Shown here piece after piece: positions 23,976 through 38,294 of a stretch of DNA of 64,000 nt. Numbering within the stretch: position 1 is the stretch's first letter; each line of letters opens with the position of its first letter. This DNA comes from Sphagnum compactum. Taxonomy: Eukaryota. Where the stretch lies: assembly GCA_965153455.1 (NCBI GenBank), contig OZ234493.1:28572213-28636212 (forward strand), given 5' to 3'. Position numbers and translations under genes: made by a program. Under the pieces are notes generated by a model. That model was given only the letters and a program-made list of their open reading frames with translations. It did no database searches and was not told the origin of the DNA.

Positions 23976-24556
23976 TCACATTATGAAGAAGGCACAAATT
24001 GCAAAGTTGTAGATTGTTCTAGCAATTTTGTGAACTAGCGACTTACAATATGCCAAAGTCAAACTTACTTGGCCATATCTAATTGTAAATACATCATTCT
24101 TCATAGAGGTTGTTGCCCAAAATCAAATAAGATAACAAGGGTTAACAAATTTGTATCAGCAATACAGCTAGGCTGTCTCATTTGCATCATGCATGGTTGA
24201 AAATTGCTACTTTGATAGTGGTTTGCAAGCTCATGTTCAACACTAAAGAAGGCCACATTGTGGAGTAAAGGTATGTGACACTCAACTTGTGTAACAAGAA
24301 GGGTTAGGGTGGTTCATAAGCCAAATATGTACTAGTTCCGTATAACTTGTAGAAGAGGCAAAAAGCTGACTGAATCAGCACGGCAGATCTTGTTGTCCAA
24401 TTTCCTTGTGACGTTGCCCTAAGTCACCTTCCTAAGAATCATGTTGGGCAATGGGGAAAAAGACCCAAATCCCAACAATCGTTGGTAAGCACTCCCTTCA
24501 TGCCAGAGTGCCGGTAAGTGGATGGATGGTAAGTGATCAGGAAACAGTTCTCTGTT

Positions 24557-24734
24557 GGGTTTAGGGTTAAACCCTAAACCCTAAACCCCATGGTGGGTTA
24601 GCTCATTTGCTATTACAGTTTCCAAGTCCATGTTGGTGTGCTCTCTCTCTCTCTCTCGCACACACACACACACAAACCCCCATGGTGGGTTAGCTCATTT
24701 GCTATTACAGTTTCCAAGTCCATGTTGGTGTGCG

Positions 24735-24783
<49 letters not shown>

Positions 24784-24792
24784 AAACCCATG
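24557..24792. repeat. Head-to-head plant telomeric motifs followed by a duplicated unit with (CT)n(CA)n microsatellites
   Basis: GGGTTTAGGGTT|AAACCCTAAACCCTAAACCC at 24557-24588, then AAACCCCATGGTGGGTTAGCTC...(CT)n(CA)n twice. Confidence 0.85.
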
Positions 24793-25852
24793 TGCCTATA
24801 AGTCATCCTTGACAAAGTCTGTGTCGATGTGCACACCCACACCTCATGCATAGCACCATTTTTGACAAGTCTGTGTTGATGCGCACACACACACATTGTG
24901 TGTAGTGCCATCTTTGACAAGTCCAGTGTCGGTAGGCACAAAGTTTCACCATGTATAGCACCATCTTTTTGAAGGCCCTCCTTTTTGGTGTGAATCATAC
25001 CAACCTTCAAAGGCCAGGTCTGTTTGGGTCTCTGCTGAATAATTATTTGATTTTGAAGATTTCATTTGAACAAATGAGATATTCTCAAATATTTCAAAAG
25101 GTGCTTCATTTTCATTCACAACCAAATTTCTTTGAGAAAAACATTTTTTTTGAAAATTTCAGCATGTCTAAAATTAATATAATTTATGTTGAAGGTAGCT
25201 GCTACCATAGGCTAAGGTCAGTTTCCACATTGACCAAACGAAATAATTATTTTTTTCCAAAAAAATAATTCGTTTTAAAATTTGAAATTATTGAATTTTT
25301 CATGATCTAATGATATTGTCACATGGTGTCCTGAAATTATTCCAAGTGTATAGCATATGATAATTAAGACGATTTTCAACATGTCAACTTCATATTTTCA
25401 CAAAAGATCATTTTATTTTGAGGATTATTTAATGACAAAACCAACCTTAGGTTAAGGTATTCAACTAGGGTAGTTGTAATCATATTCTATTTAGTTGCAA
25501 AGCTGTGGCTGATGAATAATACCATAAGAGAAATTTATGTTCTTTTACAGTTAGTCAAAAGAGGTTATTTGTATCTACTTTTGAAAAAAGGTTCTGGGTT
25601 CCGAAAAATGGAAAAGTATCATCTGTAAGTAGAACTATTGAAAACTGGGCTACAAGAAGAGATTTGCCTATTGAGCTGCTTGCTGAATTTGACAACAAAT
25701 TCTCACCCAATAATAAATATTCTGAGATACCACCAGAATTTTTGAATTGCTCTTGTTTCAAATTTTGTTGAAATTAAAGGGTCTGCTGCTTTCTTCTTCT
25801 TCTCTTATTTCACCGATTTTGAAGTTTTCAACAGCTTGGGTCCTCCTGCTAT

Positions 25853-26022
25853 GGAATACTTTTGCACAAAAACTAGTCAATAAAGTCTTGTTCTGCAACT
25901 GAAATTGTGTGGACATAGTAGTCAGAATTGTTTTTGGGGAATACTTTTGCACAAAAACTAGTCATTAAAGTCTTGTTCTGCAACTGAAATTGTGTGGACA
26001 TAGTAGTCAGGATTGTTTTTGG
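25853..26022. repeat. 85-bp tandem duplication
   Basis: GGAATACTTTTGCACAAAAACTAGTCA...GATTGTTTTTGG at 25853 and 25938. Confidence 0.9.
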
Positions 26023-28646
26023 GGGGGGACCTTGACTGCAAGTTTGTCTATGTCCTGCAAAAAAAAGTTTCTCTAGTTGATGTAAAAGTCATGTTTGCAT
26101 TGTGTATTGAACCCGTGTGCAGAAGTGATTTCGACTTGTTTCCTTGACTCTATGGTCAAATATGACTCATCATTTATGTCATGTTTTGATTTAGTGTTGT
26201 AATACTTTTACCATTCCAGCATTTTTCTTGACAATTTTTTTTCTTCCATTTTTTCACTTCAGTCATAAAAGTAAAAATTTCCTGGAATTCTTACAGTTGA
26301 GATGGGAGGAAAAATGCCAAATAATTTTGCATTATTTAGGCACACCGCACCACCAAGCTTTAGGGCAGCCAGTCAATAATGATGTCAAACAAATTTGTAG
26401 AACTTTCAACATTAGGAGCAACTGATTTTGAGAAAAACTTGACGAGGACCTGATTTTGAGAAACTTTGGCATTTATTAAAAATAATTTAATGTGTTGTGT
26501 GGTTCTCTCTCTTTTTTTTAACCACTAATTCCAGTTCTTTGCAAGACTTGAGAGAAACGACTTGATTTTTTATTTTTAGACTTATGAGAACTGATCACGG
26601 TATCATTTTTCTAAAAAAATAATAATCAAGTCAATTCTCAAATAAAGTGATTCTCACAAATGTGATAATACTTGCCTTTTGTATCTAATTTTCACAATCC
26701 AAATCTCAAATTTATATTAATTAAAAAAAATCTCAGTTAAAAAATAATTTAAAAAAAAAACAAACTTGTGTTTGTATGTTTGGGTGTCGCCTCCCATCAC
26801 TTCCCTATCTACTCTTCACTAAACTAACCTAAATCAAAATTTAAATTAACCTAATCTATTTTAAAGTAATTTAAAACTACTCTTTAACTAAGATATATAG
26901 ACCTATGAGAGAACATTTAAGATCTTAAAGGAAGTTGAATCCTCACACATTGTTTGTTTGCTTCTAAAGCTCATAGAACATTTGTAGTCATCCAAATGGC
27001 TCAATTTGATAAATGAATGGGGAAGAGACATGGCGTGCTTGATGTAAAAAGGTTTAGTGCTTAGTGATGAGAGAAATAAAATAGATTAAGATTTCAAGCT
27101 TAAAATCTTGGATCGTTGCCTTTTCAAAAATACAAAGAAATTTTGTAAAGCCCTAGTCGATGCACACATTAGATTTTAAATCACTCAAAATGGATTAAAA
27201 ATGAAAAAGATATGGGGCTGGAATGACAGAGAGATCTAGAGTTATTTTCACAAATTTTTTGAAGCAAACTATCATTCATCCTCGTCTTGTGTTTTCTGCC
27301 TTGCTCTTTTATTTTTGACATTTCAAAAACATTTGCAACCCTCCAGTTTGTGCATCCAATGACACAAAAATCGCTCAATTGGTTGAAGATGAGAAAAATA
27401 TTGAAAAAAATGTTCGATGATAAGTAAGTATATGTTCACTGATGGGCAGTTTAGTGCTCTGAGAAATGGATTTTGGTTCTCTCATTGAACTGATTGATTC
27501 TAAAAAAATTTAAAAACAAAATAATCAATTCTCAATAACCTGGTTCTCACTTAACTGAGAACTGTCAGTTCAATTCTCAAATTGATTATCATCAAATGTG
27601 ATACCAATCCATTCTCATTGTGAGAATCAATTTGAGAACTGAGGATCCGAGTGAGAACCTCCCAACATTGATAAAAACCCCAAATTTCATCTAAATTACT
27701 TCTAAATAATATACAAATATCTCTACTCTAGCCTAGTCTTGCGCTCGCTATACAGAAATGCAGCAGCATCATGAACAACAGTTTGTACTGCTAGCACAAA
27801 TTCTTGGGTTTCATCGATGGGCATTTACCTTATTTCCACTGTACTTTGAAGAAGTAAACAGACCTTACTTCCATCAGTTTAGCAGTGGCTGCAAATGCCA
27901 ATCAAAACATGTCAATAAACCAAAGGCAGGAAAAGAGAATTGTCAATGCCTGCTTGATCAAACACCAAACATCAATTTCAGGAAAAATGTCACATTGTAC
28001 CAAGCCAAGCCAAGCCAAGGTGAGAGCACAGCCATCAAGCACTCGACTCATACACTCATCAAACTAATTAAGGTGTGCTTCATTCAGGTCTTCAAAGAGG
28101 CACAAATATGTCCAAATGGAGGTTTCATTGCATTCATGACCATGAATTGCAATTTTGGAATTCAAGTTTTCTCTATAACAGGAGTTACTGTTGATACAAA
28201 GGAGGAGAACCCTTGGGGCCTGCTTGCAGGTTTCTATAGGACGGTTCAGGGTGGTCTAAAAGCCCCACAATCTCAAATGAGTGTGAAGGCAAATTAAACA
28301 GAATCAAATTAGACAAATGTCAATTCGATCCCACATTGCAGATGCACATGGAGAAAAACTTACAGACGCAACAGCAAAAATGAGTTTGCACTATTGCTGT
28401 TGACAACTTCAATATATAGAAAATGACTCTGATTTCTCAACTGCAGTAACTTCACCTGCATCCAAGGGAGCAGAATTTGAGAGATTCAAATTCCTCACAT
28501 GCCCACTCTTATACAATTAGTTTTGGTGCCCAAATGAGATGAGAAATCTGGGGCATTGGGGGTAATAAGCCACCCCCATGGGATCGTACACAATTCAGGT
28601 ATGAGTCCCAGGGAGCAATAATGTGGTAGATTTTACAAAACTATTT

Positions 28647-31600
28647 CTATGCTGATAAGATATTTGAGGCAATGGCTGTTACACTAGAAAGCACAGCCAA
28701 TATTACCATTACCCAAGCCTCCCATTTGTCTTTTAGCGTTGCTATCCTGGGCTTGTCCCTGAATAACCCCAACCCCAGAAGCCAACAGTCAGTCAGCATG
28801 CATCAACATCATGGTGAAGTCAACCTGATTATCAACAAGGGAAAAAATAGAGGAAATATGATTAAGTCCATGACACATTGAGCATCAAAAGCATTGAACT
28901 CACTTGAGCAAAATGAGGGCTGGGAAGATAAAGGCCAAGCAAACACTTGCTGTTGCCCCAGTAAATTGGAAAGCAACCCAGATACTGGGCACCATTGTTG
29001 AGCCAATAAAAATAAGACCCACCAATACACCAGTGAGGAGAACAAAGCGAAGGTTGTCATGGACAAGGGGATGTGCCTTTGGGAATAGGAGTCCATCTAC
29101 GTTGAGACGGAGTGAAAAATGCAATAGAGGGAAAACCAACATGATGTGAACAGCATAACTGGCACGCACAATGAGTGCAATTGTGTGGGCGAATGGAATA
29201 CCAAGATCCGTATCAAAATTCGCTAAAACATCATCACTTGTTGCCTCACCAAAGAGAAGATAAGCAAACATGGCAGTGCATAAATAGATGCCCGTGCACA
29301 GCACTAAGGAATCACGAACTACTTTCTGCATCTTTAGATCAGACGGCTCCGTTGAGACCTCAAGCTCATTTGCAATTGGATGCACTGAAACAAGCATTTC
29401 AAATCACAACAGTTTCCAGAGTGTTAAGATTCACTCCCTTTGTTGTAACAACACAGGAAATTGCAGGTGCAAGATAGATGCCAATTATAATCTAAGTGAA
29501 GTTGGAAAAGCACAAGAGGGAGGGAGCAAGCAAGAGAAAACAGACCATTGTGGTGACAAATGTAAGCAGTGACCATTACAGGAACAACTGTAAATAGGTG
29601 CCAAAAGGAAGTTGTGTCATGCACATCAGGTGTCAGTCTTGGCCACTCAATCTCTCCTGCCACTAATTTCCATAAGGCAACTGCCACCGTAATCACCACA
29701 AACACTAGAGCCAATGCAACTGATAATGCAGAGCTCCATTTTAATGAATCTGCCAAACATGGGCCCCACAACAACCAGACCATAATTAATAAACCAGAAA
29801 CCTATTTCACTGAGTATGTCAGATCCTGATATGCAAACCATGTGTAAAGAATAGATGCCATGAGACTATCAATGCGCACATTTGTTTTTGAGTCACATGA
29901 GCCCCACATTCCATTAGCTTCTGTTGGTTGGTCACCATATATGATTAAAAGGACAAGATAATGAAACCATTCAAGCCTTCTTTGTTTGGTTTTATTGCAT
30001 AACTCAAAGCTGCAACTGTGTATGAGAAGAATGTAGTTCTAAGAGTTGACAAAGGCCACCTAAACCCAAAAGAAGCTCTGTTTCTTCATATCATGCAAGT
30101 GAGGAGCCACACATAACATTAGCATTACAATCTGCATCATCATGTATGAATGGAATTTGACTAAATGAGCACTTAACACTGAACAGAAGCAATCTCACAG
30201 CTGTTTTAAAAACTGTGGTGATCATCAAATTGATGTTGCAAAGAGCTGGAGGTAAAACCTATGATTCCAACTTATTTCATTTGAGAGACAAGGGTAAATA
30301 GGTCACAACAGGATACACAACCAACAAGAAATGAGGAAGGACCATGGAGAAATGGTACATGAGATGACGGTGATGACAAGTTTGAGATCAGGGCTGATAG
30401 TGGCAGAAAGACAAAAAATTACCGATGTGTTTGTAAGAACAAAGTGGGAGGAGAATAACAACAGTTGTGGTGAAGAGAACAAAAACCCGCTCATTCCACC
30501 ATGTTCGCCCCCCTGCCCACTCCTCCAGTACACCCGTATGGTGTGGCCCCGCACCGGTTGTCCCAGACATAACATCCCCTGATGATCATTGCAAACTCCT
30601 TTAGAGCATTGTTGCACAACCATTACAGGACTGATCTAGAGCTATTACCTATCTAGTACATCTATAATATTTGGTATTTGGTACTCCTAAAAGCCCATTT
30701 AAGCATTCAAAACTTCCAGGCTGTTTCTTGAACAAATCTTTCTATTTCTCCTCAATGAGATTGTAAAAGCATGAGAAAAATCAAAGAGAAAACCATAACA
30801 AAACTCCTGGTCAATATCATCACAAGCAAAGAGACTTTGCTGATTCACTCTCAATTGTCTGGTACCAGGCTAGGTTCACTCCCCACCATATATACATGAT
30901 TTTCTGAGAGCTGCTGGAGAATATTTTTATTTGGATCCCAAAAACTCTGGAGAAAGTTGACATGGATGGGGTCAGCAAGAAAATAACTCTGAAGTCAATT
31001 CTGAACCATGATGATGCTATGGAGAATCATAATCCCTGAATCATCTAGGGATTCAAGGATAAAGGAAATAGAAAAAAATAATAACAAAGCTATCTTAAAG
31101 GGATGATCTATCCAAGCATTTCTGAGTCTGAATCTCTCCAAGGCATAAACATTGGAGAGACCTAGTGAAATGGGATGCAGCATGGAAGATTCATCAGTCC
31201 CAGCCCAAACAGGAAGAAGAAAAAACATGACTGAAAACAAAAATACTGAGACTGCCCTTGCTGATAAAACTTTAAAAATACAAAGGTTTATATTCCAAAA
31301 AAACACCTAATAAAGCAATTTCATTAGAAAGCAAGAAGAGGTTGAAGACAATATACATTTGATGCCAAGCAAGAAAGAAGCAAAACCCTATCTTCACACT
31401 GGATAGTGTGGCAACAAATTCCATTTCAAATCCTCATTTCCACAAACAATGATTTGTTTTGCAAAATGGGAAGTGGGTCCAGAAGAACCAATCCTGACTG
31501 TATGTGACAGACATGAATGACTGTAAAAACTGTCAGTAAGGAAAGCAGCACAAAGGGAAAACACGTTGTTAAAAGGGATCATAAAAGAAAAAAGAAAAAA

Positions 31601-32203
31601 ACATTTTCTTTGATGAGAAAGGAGAAATGCATGAGGAGGACAGGCAGATCACAATTTAATGAGAAAAAGGAGACTTGGAATGAGGAAGAATGTATGCAGG
31701 AGAAAGCGCGGAAGAGTGTACATCACCATACCTATGATAACGATGTAGACAATAAGGATTCCGACATTGTTGATGATGATGCACAGCTGCACTGCAATCC
31801 TTCCCGCTTCACCGAACGCATCGGCCATCAAGGCGCCATAGGATCTAGCTTTACAAGGCCTAGAGTATCGCAGCAACGCCTGGATAGAATTCTCGCTCAG
31901 AATTGCTGCAAACAAGATAGCCAGGAGTCCTAAAGGCAAACCGAGCACCTTCATAGTGGCAGGCAACGCCATAATGCCCGCTCCAACGATGGTCGTCGAT
32001 AGATTGAAAACGGCAGAAGGCGTCGACGCCTGATGGTAATCATCTTCCTCCTCCTCGCCAATTGCCAACAGATCCTGTCTCTTGCTTGGCAACAAAGGAC
32101 TCGTCTCTGAACTCTGCTGCTGCTGCTGCTGCTGATTCTTCTTATTACGCTTGTATTCCAAGTCTCGAACTTCACCTCCTTGCTCCTGAACACTATCCAT
32201 CAT
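28647..32203 (-). CDS. AVT6: Amino acid transporter, AAAP/Aa_trans family, AVT6-like (474 aa, 5 exons)
   Basis: join(complement) 32203-31732, 30578-30423, 29749-29546, 29384-28904, 28758-28647. All introns are GT-AG and the total of 1425 nt keeps frame. Motifs AVFNLSTTIVGAGIMALP, DSLKWSSALSV, TAYICHHNVHPI, DDVLANFD and AFQFTGAT. The start ATG is inferred. Confidence 0.92.
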
Positions 32204-32846
32204 CCTCCCCGTCCTCCGTGCTTCTTCGTTCTCACTGCTCCACAAAGCTTTCGTCTCTATTCTCACTTACGGAAACTTATTACAGATACTAAAACTTCGA
32301 AACTAGGACTGGGGAGGGGACCCCAAAAAAACCGCACAGACAACAAAAAGCACACAAGAAAGAAAGCCAAAAAAAAAAAAACAGCAAAATCCGTTGTTCG
32401 CACACAAGAAAGAAAGGAGCAAGGAAAGAAGCGGAGGAGAGGAAACGTTCAAGAAAGGAGCAAGGAGAGGAAGAGAGAGAGCACAAATGGCGTACATAAA
32501 AGGAAGGAGAGAGAGAGAGAGAGAGCGCAAATAGCGTACATAAAAGGAAGGAGAGAGAGAGAGAGAGAGAAGGGGGGGGCGGGGAGAGACCAATGGGAAA
32601 ATAAAAAAAAGTTTTTTTTGGGGGGTTTTGTGGGGAGAGGAGACCAATGGGAAGTTATAATATTTGTAAATGTTTGTTTTGGTGGGGGGGAAGGGGGGTG
32701 TGAAAGAATCCTGGTCGCTGAAAAAAATGGAATCAGGTGCTCTCTGATTGCCCAAAATAGATACCTACCCAATTGTGCTGTACCTACCCAATTGTGTTCC
32801 ACAAGTTGTTGGTTTCCAACAAACTAGTGTTCTTTATTAAGGAGAA

Positions 32847-33247
32847 TTGGGGCTTCCTTTGGGGAGAATTAATTAATAGGTGTGGAAAATTGGTTACCCA
32901 TCTGGTAAACCAATATTGACTAGGGTTGGCTTGATTAATAATGAAACTTTGGGGCTTCCTTTGGGGAGAATTAATAGGTGTGGAAATTGGTTAATTAATT
33001 ACCTATCTAGTAAACCAATATTGACTAGGGTTGGCTTGATTAATAATGAAACTTTGGGGCTTCCTTTTTGGAGAATTAATAGGTGTGGAAAATGGTTAAT
33101 TAATTACCTATCTAGTAAACCAATATTGACTGGGGTTGGCTTAATTAAGAAGGAAAATTTGGACCTCCTTTGGGGGGGGGGGGGAACTAACAGGTGCACA
33201 GAAATTTGGGAACCTACCTCGGAAACCAATATTGACCAGGGTTGGTT
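32847..33247. repeat. ~102-105-bp tandem repeat x ~4 upstream of the AVT6-like gene
   Basis: TTGGGGCTTCCTTT...AAACCAATATTGACTAGGGTTGGC units start at about 32847, 32949, 33054 and 33159. Confidence 0.9.
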
Positions 33248-36200
33248 GTCTCTATATGGATGTGCAGAAGCTCTCCGAGAAATTTCTTAGGTGAAGAAGC
33301 AAATTCCTTTATAGAGCAGCTTATAGCTTATACCAATAAGGAGTCAAGATTTGCTCCCATTTGTTTAGTGTAATTGGGGAGCATGTTTACCCATCCTATT
33401 TTGTCCTCTCTTTTGAGAGGAGGGGAGGGGGGGGGGTAAGGGGTGGGAAGGGGCTTTGAAAAATGGAACCCTTGCTTTGGATTTTTAAAACACCCATTGG
33501 TACACAAAGCTCGGGACCGCCGCTACATGAATATCCCTCCTAAAAAAAAGTGGAGGAATCTTAGGTCTACTCCTTAAGAGTGGGGAGGAAACTTGTGTCT
33601 ACTTGCTAATAGGTGTAAGATCCTTCCCAAGTAGGCATAATTTCCCGTCCCCTCATATGAAGTAGGGGTAAGAACCTTTTTCCCTCTTATGTTTCATATA
33701 AGGAAAAACCCAAAATCAATAAATAAATTGTCCGCAGTTTCAAAAACAATAATTCAACCATTTGGTGAAATTTTTGCTCGCCCCAAAATTATTAAAACAT
33801 TGTCTGGGCATTCACTCAGTGTACACTTCCGACAATTGGAGTGGAGACCCCTCCTCCCTTCTCACAATTCGGCTATTTTATTAAGTCAGGATTGTTGAGG
33901 TTTCAAAAATAAAAATAAAAGTGGAGATGTAAGAAGACATTGTCCTTCTTTTCCATATTTTTTTTCCTCTTATTTTGTCCCCCACCTCCCCCCCCCCCCC
34001 CCCCCCCCCCCTCTCGCTTTTTCTTGGAATAAAAAGTCTTGCAAGTTTTATAGTACTCAACTTGGAGAATACATACCATACTTCGTACACAATAAAGGTC
34101 GTCCACTTGCTGGTTTGTTGGACTGGTGGGTGGGTTTAAGAAAGGTTTTGTTGGAACATACATGCCTTGCCACCAAATTGGACAAAAGCAAAAAGGCAAG
34201 AATGGCCGTTTAAGTTACTTCCTCTTTCATCGAAAGGCAACAAAAAGTGGTTCAAAGTTTTCTTTGGGTTATTTATTCTTAATGGAAAATTTGGAGGAGA
34301 CTCTCCAGTGGCTTTCTTTTAACTATATTTTCAATGGCAACAAGGGGGGCGTTCATAGTGAAAAAATGGTTGGAAAATTCTCCTTTATTGTTTATTCTCA
34401 ATGGAAACAAAAAGCAAGGGGAAGGGGGGGGGATGCTTATGGTAAGATCAAACCCTCAACTTACAATAGAAAATGGTCCATGAAGGTCCTAAAAAACAAC
34501 TCATATTTCACAATAGGTAAAACACTTGGTGAACATTCATCAAAATGGGCTGACCCAATGCAACTGGGTCTCTCAGTTAAGAGTAAACTGGAATTTGATT
34601 TGATTTTGGGAACCAATTCCGGAGCCAAATCAGATGAGAATCAGATGTAATTATAAACACTTTGATTGAGATAACCTTTGAAGAACAGCTCGGGTTTGGG
34701 CATCTGGACCAGCAAATATTAAACAGGCCTAAGATTGTAAATGCATTAACTATAGAAGTATTGCTTCACATGTTTTGTCTTGGTGGTGCTGTTCTTTTTA
34801 CCTTTCTTTTCAAAATTTGAACGGTTTTTTGGTGCAAAACCTGATTCTAATGGGTTTCTCTATGGAAATTATTCATGTTACGTCGAATTTGTAATTTACC
34901 ATGCCATCCCCATCCTTGTCATATGGAATGGGATGTCACATCCCATGCATGTCAATGGTCGATCATCTTCCCCTTCGGATTTTTCTAGTGTTTGGCTTTT
35001 TGGCTGGCCATGTTTCAACATTTTCTTCTTTCGTCTTCTTGGTTTGATCCTTTGGATGAAATATCATAATTCTAGCAAATTCAAGTTTGCTATAAGTGTT
35101 ATTCATTTTATGTGTGCTTCTCTTGAAACAAAAATTGGGCATGAAAGTCTAAATTTTGTTTGAGCTTTTACCACAAGTGCATTCCCACAAATACTTAGGT
35201 CATGACAATCAAAAATATTTGGTGAAGTTCAGTATCCATCTTGTAACTAATTATTTCATTGAAGTTTTCATTTCAAGTTTGTGTTTAAGCTCTTAGGCTT
35301 TCTTGGAGGTGTTTGAAAGAAGAAAATGATGTGCATGATGTGCCTTGTTGTAAGTGCTTGACAAAAGTTGTCCTCACACTTTCAAGTTCATCTTCAATGT
35401 TGCTAACTAGAGTCGCAAATTTTTAAAGGGTGTTGCGCAAAATACAACGCTCTAAGTGTATGCATTCAAATTTGTGCAAAATCTACCAATCTTAGTGTTT
35501 GCAACTACTTGTACTTCTCATTTTCTGAATTTAGTGCACATTGCAATGTAACATGGGGTGAGTTGTAATTTGGGAATTGATATTGTAACAACCTTGGGCA
35601 AGCAACAAATGTATAATCATGATGACAAGGGTGCCAAACCTTAAATTTGGTGTTCGAACTTGAAAATTCACCTCAAAGGTTTAAAACCATGTAGAAGTCC
35701 AAAAGCCTCTAAGTAGAAAAAAAAAATGTAGGATTTCGAAAATATTTTATTATAGATATTATGTTTAGGTGTTATTAAATATATATTATCTTTTTGCACA
35801 ATTATGGGCACAATTAGTTGTTAAACAGTTCTTTTTAACATGGTGGTGGGTCTATGTTGCAATAGAAAGGAACACAAAATCTTACGGCAATTAGAAGAAT
35901 TTAATGTTTTGAAGATTCTATTTAGTATGGCTGCAAAGAAGAAGGTGAGATGGGTTTGAAGAATTATTGAAATACTATGTGAAATTGACACCTACTCAAA
36001 TGAAAGAGTAATGGATCATTCTTGAACTTTATAATGAGCTTCTATTGGAGATATTTTCATCATGAGTGACACCATTAAATGGGGACAAGGACTATCCTAA
36101 CTTCCTGTATGCATATTGTGGGAGAGAATGGTCAATTAAGTTTTAAAAATTTGACCATAGGTCTCAAAGATGCCCAAATGCTCCCACTAACCCAAATACA

Positions 36201-38294
36201 AATAAACCCATATGTATTCCAGTGTTTTCCAGTTTGGTACTACCCAACTATCAAAGGTGTTGAAATGACAAATTGAAAACAATGATGCCTCTTCAATTCA
36301 ATTGAACTTATGGACCTAAACTAATGTTGAAGCAAAAACAACGTTGAAGAAAGTTTCAATCAATGGCGAGCATGTTCATGTCCAAGTGTGTACTTGTTCA
36401 AAACTTTTTAAAAGTTGTTACCAAGGCCTCGTTACAATAGAGATCATAAAAAAAGTGCACCAAAATTTTTAGGACAAAGGGTGCCAAAGTCAAATGTGGA
36501 ACCATGGCCCAAAACGTGACATGCAAATACACCAAATGATGTGTCCATAATGGATGTTTCACATGAAGAACCCAAATTTGTAGATCAAATGACCAAGGAA
36601 ACCCAATTGATTAATCAATATACAACTACCACTGTTGATAGTAATATTGATGAGATAGTCACACAAGTGTTGAACTCACTTGACCATGCACAACAATGGG
36701 ATAACAAAGTTGACACTAATATTGAAAGTTGTAACACCTTCCAAAACATGTTAAAGGCAGTTGGTTCAAGTGTATTGGATCCACCTCATCACAACATGGG
36801 AGGAAAAAATCAAGGTACTAGGATTCTTTCACACATCCATCCGTTTTTATTGCACTTGGATGTTGTTTTGTGAAACTTCCACACATTGAAAGGGTGTTCA
36901 ATATCATTTTTGAAACTTGTGGATGCAGAAGCTAATCAACATGTCATGGTCCCATGGGAACCGCCCATACCTCTACCAGTCAAAGTACAATCTAACTTGT
37001 TTCACTTGCTTCCATACATGTTGAGGAAGTTTGATTGGGAGAGTTCTTCCCTAGACGATTTCAAGAGCCAGCTTGCAAGTTATTAGACTTGTTTAGAAGG
37101 ATGGGATGAATGGATTAATAGCATGTTTATGGCATCATTTAGTCTTTGGATTCGCAAAGATCAAATAAGCCACACACCCATCTACTATTATATTTATGAA
37201 TATTTGATTTGTCCTACCATGTATATATACAACATGGCACATGGTTGGATCGTTGTCTAAAAAGAAGAATTTGACATGCAATCCATTCTCATCACTCTAA
37301 CTCCAACCTTTAAAGTTTTGGTTGCACTTAGTTTACATAGCATTGTTGCATAAACTCCCAAAGAAACACAGTTTGCATTGTTGTTAGTCATGTGGTGAAC
37401 CCTACAACCTCATATGATGAATTCAACAAATTGTTTTATTATATTAAATACAAGTTACTTGAACGAGATAATAAAAAGTTTGAAACCTAATGGTGGGAGG
37501 AGTGTGAGCATGTGGACAACAAAATGTAGGACTTTGATGGAATTGTTGTTCCGGAAGTTGAGTGAAGAACATGGGGTTGGCACCCATTGTTTGACATCTT
37601 CACAATAATTCCCTATTTGCAGGCCCTTGCCCCCACCTTTCCTTGGACACATAACAACAATGAGGCCATAACCATATGTGATAGAATTTTTAACATGGAA
37701 ATGGTTGTTATGTTTTACCTAGTGTCATGGTATGCAAGGTTTTTTAGGCTTCACTCATTCTCAAGAGGGACAAACATTCCCCTATTCCACCCATTGCATG
37801 GCACTACTAAAAGAACTTACAAGCTATGGTTTTCTAAAGGGCTCAATAATTGGCAATGGCAGACAATACTTACAATGATGCAAGAAAAAAGGGCCCATGT
37901 TGTTTGCAAGTGGGGTGGGATCATTGAATGGAGAGGGTTGGTAAGCCAAAGCCCAAGAAACTTTTTAAAAGTTAGTAAACTATTCCAATCGGTGGCCAAG
38001 ATTCTATACATGGTCACAAAATGTCTAATTACAAACCATCCAAGAATTTGTAGTGGGCAATAGGAAGGATCTTCTCAATGGTTGGCAAATTCATGAATGG
38101 GGGGTGCTTGCCAATTCTTTCGATTTCACATTCACAAAATGGTTGATGTGATGAAAACACATTAATCTTGGTTGGGTAAATACAATAACAAGTTATGTCT
38201 TGCCCACCAACACAATTGTTCCAATTATCAAGAATATGTTTTGTGTAGCATGCACATTTGTATATTCAAATATTATTGGAAGAAATTGTAACAC

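Noticed and set aside
27758-28297. 179-aa plus-strand ORF
   Set aside because: It has no recognisable motif or supporting exon structure and lies antisense just downstream of the transporter. Probably a chance ORF.
32204-32272. N-terminal extension of the transporter from GTG at 32266
   Set aside because: It is a non-ATG start overlapping a GTAAGT donor-like site. The first in-frame ATG (32203) gives a normal-length protein.
32180-32827. 215-aa plus-strand ORF and overlapping ORFs
   Set aside because: They are low-complexity products of the GA/CT-rich 5' region of the transporter gene.
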